This document shows, piece after piece, positions 60,378 through 64,000 of a stretch of DNA of 64,000 nucleotides. The notes below the pieces were generated by a model that saw only the letters and a list, made by a program, of their open reading frames with translations, searched no databases and was not told the DNA's origin. The first letter of the stretch is position 1. Each line of letters begins with the position of its first letter. The position numbers and the translations under genes were made by a program. This DNA is from Pirellulales bacterium (GTDB lineage Bacteria > Planctomycetota > Planctomycetia > Pirellulales > PALSA-1355), in assembly GCA_963733035.1 (NCBI GenBank), contig CAVTBU010000007.1, positions 672,001-736,000 of the forward strand, given 5' to 3'.

Positions 60378-61592
60378 TCATTGACACGTATTCTCGGAAC
60401 CAGGCCAGCTTGGCCATCCATACACTTCGGCAATTGCATTGAGCACCTCTCGCACAAGCTGACCACCTGTGTCTGAGTTGGTCATGACGACTGCTCCCTG
60501 TCCACGGTCTAAATATCCAACGAATTTGCAGACGAAGCCATCGTCTCCACCGTCGTGTTCAAAATACCGCGAGCTCCCCACCTCGTGTACGAATGGCCCG
60601 AGGCCGATTGGACCATCCGCCCCTTCTGCTTGCTTCGTGAGCATTTGCTTGACCATATTCTGCGAAAGCACTTTTTGCGACTTGCCCTCGTGTGTCAATT
60701 GAATCTCGATCACGTACCGTGCTAAATCCGACGGCGTCGACCATAACCCGGCAGCGGCCATTTCGGGATAGACGTGCCAGCGACCGGAAACGGCTTTGCC
60801 AGATGGCCGATAGCCAGTTGCGGCAGTCGATTCTAGTTCGTGCGGGAGAGGTTGTTGATAGGTGCTCGAAGTCATTTCCAAGGGCCTGAGCACCGTGTCG
60901 TGAAGCAAATTAGGGAACGGCCGGCCGGTCACGTCGACAAGCAATTGCTGCATGACGGTCGTGCCGCCACCGGAATAGCGATAGTCTCGACCAGGCGTGC
61001 GGACAACTCGCACGGGTGCCGAATTGGCCGGCTTTGAACCATCCAGGATTTGAGGCACTGTTGGGAGCGACGTCCCCACGGCGTATCCAGAGAAGCCTTG
61101 CACGCTGAGGCCGGCGGTATGGCTCAATAGACCACGCAGCTCTACAGGATGCTGACGAGTGAATTCGTTTTCGGGCACCTTCCAGGCCTTGAGCCATCGA
61201 TTGACATCTCCGTCGAGGTCGAGCACGCCTTGCTCAACAAGCCGCAGCGCGGCCAGTGCCGCGACCGGTTTGCTGACAGACCCGGCCTGAAAGAGCGTTT
61301 TGATAGTCACGGGACGTTCATCCGCTACGTCGGCCAGACCGTAGCCCTTTGCCCACTCGATTCGATATTGTGTGATGACAGCCACACTTAAGCCGGGGAC
61401 ACGAATATCTCGCAGCCGTTCAGCAATAGTGTGAGGGGAGCCGTCTTGGCTCTGGGTCGCTGGAATCAGGCTACGTTCAACGGTTGCTATCCGCTGGGCG
61501 GTGCCACTCGGAAGCTCAGCTCCGAAGATAGAATCTGCAAGCCGAAAACAAATCAGTGAACAAACGAAGATGGGTCTATATAGCAATGACAT
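60378..61592 (-). CDS. Serine hydrolase, beta-lactamase class C-like
   Basis: FQAGSVSK (SxxK), LLSHTAG, YSGGG, HDGG and VVMTN motifs. Start uncertain. Confidence 0.9.
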   Translation of the reverse strand: MSLLYRPIFVCSLICFRLADSIFGAELPSGTAQRIATVERSLIPATQSQDGSPHTIAERLRDIRVPGLSVAVITQYRIEWAKGYGLADVADERPVTIKTLFQAGSVSKPVAALAALRLVEQGVLDLDGDVNRWLKAWKVPENEFTRQHPVELRGLLSHTAGLSVQGFSGYAVGTSLPTVPQILDGSKPANSAPVRVVRTPGRDYRYSGGGTTVMQQLLVDVTGRPFPNLLHDTVLRPLEMTSSTYQQPLPHELESTAATGYRPSGKAVSGRWHVYPEMAAAGLWSTPSDLARYVIEIQLTHEGKSQKVLSQNMVKQMLTKQAEGADGPIGLGPFVHEVGSSRYFEHDGGDDGFVCKFVGYLDRGQGAVVMTNSDTGGQLVREVLNAIAEVYGWPSWPGSENTCQ

Positions 61593-61872
61593 CCGAAGTT
61601 GCTCCAGCCATTTGAGTAGACTTTCCGCCCTAGTGACAAGCAAATCGCTGAGCACACTACGTCGAAAAGTCCCACAAACCACACGCAAGCCGCGGCCGCA
61701 GTTCGTAAGTGTTTGAACGAGTGACACGATTATCGCAGCGACGAACTGCCGGTCCAACTACACAGCCCACGTTCTGACAGCGGTGGCGTGTTCGACTTGG
61801 CAAAAATCCTTGGTTTGTCGGCACCGCCAACCGGACGATTCGCCCAAGAAACGCGACAAGCCAGCATTCTTA

Positions 61873-61885
61873 TCAAAGGCATGAG
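61873..61885. repeat. Direct repeat TCAAAGGCATGAG, copy 2
   Basis: Matches 59140-59152; here the context reads CTTAT-CAAAGGC-ATGAG (short inverted arms around a 7-nt core). Confidence 0.7.
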
Positions 61886-61908
61886 TTTCCGGTAGGCCCA
61901 GGGGCGTG

Positions 61909-62535
61909 TCAGGAATCGGATTGGTTTATGGCGTTTGATGGGCCGTTTCTTTCGATTCCGACGTAGCGGTACAGCGTACTCTTCGAGATCTTTAAAGTTG
62001 CACAGATGTCGTCAAGGCTGATGGACTTGTCGTTGAAGAGCTTGTTGGCAAGTACGATCCGTCGGTCATCGGCCATTATCGGTGGTCGGCCGCCTTTTCG
62101 GCCTCTGGCGCGGGCGGCAGCCAGTCCAGCATTGGTCCGCTCTTGAATGAGACGGCGCTCGAATTGTGCCAGCGCCGAAAAGACAAGAAAGATCAACTCG
62201 CCTGAAGGTGTGGTCGTGTCAATCGCGCCGTCGCAGACCGAGCGGAAGCCAATCTGGCGATCGCGCAACTCATCGATCAGCTTCACGAGGTGGCGTACTG
62301 ATCGGCCAAGCCGATCCAGTCGCCAGACGAGCAAGACATCACCCTCGCGAAGCTGCGCGAGGCAAGTATCGAGTCCGGGACGTTGGTGTTTTGCGCCCGA
62401 GGCCTTGTCGGTGAAGATCAGTTCCTTGGCGACGCCGTACTTCAAAAGAGCGTCGATTTGGAGCGCCAGGTCTTGATCCTGGGTACTGACGCGGGCATAC
62501 CCGACAAGGCGAGCGCCGTCGGATGCGGCGATCAT
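61909..62535 (-). CDS. Small serine recombinase (resolvase/invertase)
   Basis: GYARVST.DQ, RPGL, GD.L.VWRLDRLGRS, ER.LI.ERT.AGL.AARARGR.GGRP motifs and a C-terminal HTH (ISKSTLYRY). Confidence 0.95.
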   Translation of the reverse strand: MIAASDGARLVGYARVSTQDQDLALQIDALLKYGVAKELIFTDKASGAKHQRPGLDTCLAQLREGDVLLVWRLDRLGRSVRHLVKLIDELRDRQIGFRSVCDGAIDTTTPSGELIFLVFSALAQFERRLIQERTNAGLAAARARGRKGGRPPIMADDRRIVLANKLFNDKSISLDDICATLKISKSTLYRYVGIERNGPSNAINQSDS

Positions 62536-62598
62536 GGGATTGCTCTGTTGTCAGCCTTGATTTGTGTCTGTTATTTCGACGCCGAAAGCCAGCCCATA

Positions 62599-62698
62599 GT
62601 TCCCAGACGCCGCTCCTTCAATTGATAGGGGCCTTTTGAGGATGGGTGATTAAATCGGATTCTCAAGAATCAAGGCGGTCCGCACGAGTTCTTGGGAC
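62599..62698. promoter_or_regulatory. Putative res site upstream of the resolvase
   Basis: Related inverted half-sites: TTCCCAGACG...TTTTGAGGAT and TTCTCAAGAA...TTCTTGGGAC. Confidence 0.4.
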
Positions 62699-62931
62699 TC
62701 AAAGTGCCGGTTACCTGATTCGGCAAGGATGGACCACCATTCGTTTTCACGCACCACTACCTGGCACGCAGGCAACCGTCCGTCTAAATGGCGGAGTTGC
62801 CGGCCTCAAGGCTCCGAGCACCCCGTGAGCGAGGGATACGGCATGGCCTCAAAGAATGCCTGCGTCTAAAGCCTTCATGAATCGGCTCTCGCCAATCGGT
62901 CCATCCCCTAAAATCGCAATGTAAAAACATT

Positions 62932-64000
62932 CTAGTGGCTGGGGTCACTTTTACGTAATTTGGCAATTCGCTCTGTCACTGACTTAATTCCACTTATTTC
63001 CTGCGGTGATTTTGCCTTTGCGGCAAGGTCTTTAATCGCCCCTTCCGCTAAATCGATCGATTTGTTCGCAGCATCGAGCGCCCCTAATGCCTGCTGACTT
63101 TCGGCAATGTCGAGCCTCAAGCTCGCAGACGTCGGGTACAGCGTCAGCAATTCCTCATTCAATTCAATCGCCTGCTTGTGCTGGCCATCTTGCCGCAGTT
63201 CCGTTGCCAGAAATGCGGTTGCCTCTTTCCATTCCTCACTGGCGGCATCGGCTTCGGCGCGAAAGTCGCGCCAGGCAGCAATTTTCTGGGCTGGCTTGCC
63301 GCATGTTGACACGAGTTGCGCCTTCCGCCAGAGCAATTGTTGGCGCTCGGTAGCCTGGCCCGCTGCGTCGTGTATTCGACGGTCATAGCTCTCGATCGCT
63401 TTTTCAACGGCGCCGAGGTTAGCAAGCTCGCCGGCCTCCATTTCGAGCACCTTCTCGCGATCTTGTTTCGAGATTTGCGGGTCGTTCAGCAGCTGTCGCG
63501 AATCCTCCAATGCCTTTTCCCACTGCTGATCCCATTCCAAATAAACATGACGGGCGATCTTCAGGCGCCAGCGAACCGATTGATCCTTCACGTTCGGCAA
63601 TGCCACTTCGATATAGGCGATTGCCGCAGGCCAGTTCTTATCCGCATTGAAGCGTTCTAGTTCCTTGGCGGCCAATGCCCATTCCCGCTCGTGCCATCTC
63701 TTGCGGGCAACGACGCGATCATCATAGGCCTTCCTCAAGCCAGACGCATTATTCGCATCGAGTCGTTGGATTTCGCCGACGACGTCTCCGTAGAATACGA
63801 GCACAAAGTCATCGTCGTGTTCATCGAGCGTCCCGAGCAGCGGGCTCACAGCTTGAATTGCGGCGTGCAATTTCTGGGCGCGGGCAAGGCCCGTCAATTT
63901 TGCCGCATGGGAAAGCTCGCTATCACGAACCTCCCGAGCTGTTCGGAATGAACTCAGATTCTCAAGAAACTTCGACGCCGTGATGCCTTTTTCATAGCCC
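62932..64000 (-). CDS. Thioredoxin-associated helical/TPR-like protein (5' end outside window)
   Basis: The frame stays open to the window edge (GYEKGITASKFLENL...RD..L..A....G..RA..L..A...), a pattern resembling the helical region after PVC thioredoxin domains; TPR-like helices follow. Confidence 0.6.
   Translation of the reverse strand, partial: GYEKGITASKFLENLSSFRTAREVRDSELSHAAKLTGLARAQKLHAAIQAVSPLLGTLDEHDDDFVLVFYGDVVGEIQRLDANNASGLRKAYDDRVVARKRWHEREWALAAKELERFNADKNWPAAIAYIEVALPNVKDQSVRWRLKIARHVYLEWDQQWEKALEDSRQLLNDPQISKQDREKVLEMEAGELANLGAVEKAIESYDRRIHDAAGQATERQQLLWRKAQLVSTCGKPAQKIAAWRDFRAEADAASEEWKEATAFLATELRQDGQHKQAIELNEELLTLYPTSASLRLDIAESQQALGALDAANKSIDLAEGAIKDLAAKAKSPQEISGIKSVTERIAKLRKSDPSH

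Noticed and set aside
976..61037. Numerous long antisense/alternate-frame ORFs (e.g. 976..1962-, 9734..10903-, 29740..30717-)
   Set aside because: Shadow ORFs typical of high-GC DNA; they overlap well-supported genes and carry no recognisable motifs.
58286..61915. Integron attC array
   Set aside because: No RYYYAAC…GTTRRRY imperfect palindromes, the genes are in mixed orientation, and there is no IntI.
62658..63968. 12-mer GATTCTCAAGAA repeated at ~62658 and ~63957
   Set aside because: The second copy lies inside an open coding frame with no flanking similarity; likely chance.

Overview
A GC-rich bacterial chromosome segment, almost certainly from a planctomycete (Pirellulales-like), judged from the DUF1549/1553, DUF1501, DUF1592-family and DUF1552 proteins and a dcw cluster that ends at ftsQ. 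In order it holds: the end of the dcw cluster (murG-murC-murB-ddl-ftsQ); four minus-strand enzyme genes; a DUF1549/1553 protein paired with a cytochrome c-WD40 protein; cinA, a pyrE-like PRTase and a Cu(I) P1B-ATPase. Next comes a ~15 kb divergent FadR/GntR locus (SDR, fused E1-alpha/beta and E2 on one side; PSD1-cytochrome, DUF1501, DUF1592-family and DUF1552 on the other), then tRNA-Lys(CTT), a GAF-containing sigma-54 activator, fabI-mutT, a secreted HEXXH peptidase and two lipid genes. The rest is a divergent polysaccharide locus with a near-consensus sigma-54 promoter, a degenerate sulfatase, a 1292-aa GHL10-like protein, HIT/Trm112-like genes, tRNA-Ser(CGA) and an accessory region (MOSC, CPBP, serine hydrolase, resolvase, thioredoxin/TPR-like). 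Highlights: (1) the two large cytochrome proteins of the GntR locus share a ~190-aa inserted domain in circularly permuted order; (2) all nine visible frameshifts sit at or next to GCGC, suggesting methylation-linked sequencing errors rather than pseudogenes; (3) a holdfast-like, sigma-54-driven polysaccharide locus; (4) a recurring recombination-site-like motif between gene blocks downstream of tRNA-Ser. All calls come from reading motifs by eye; no searches were run.
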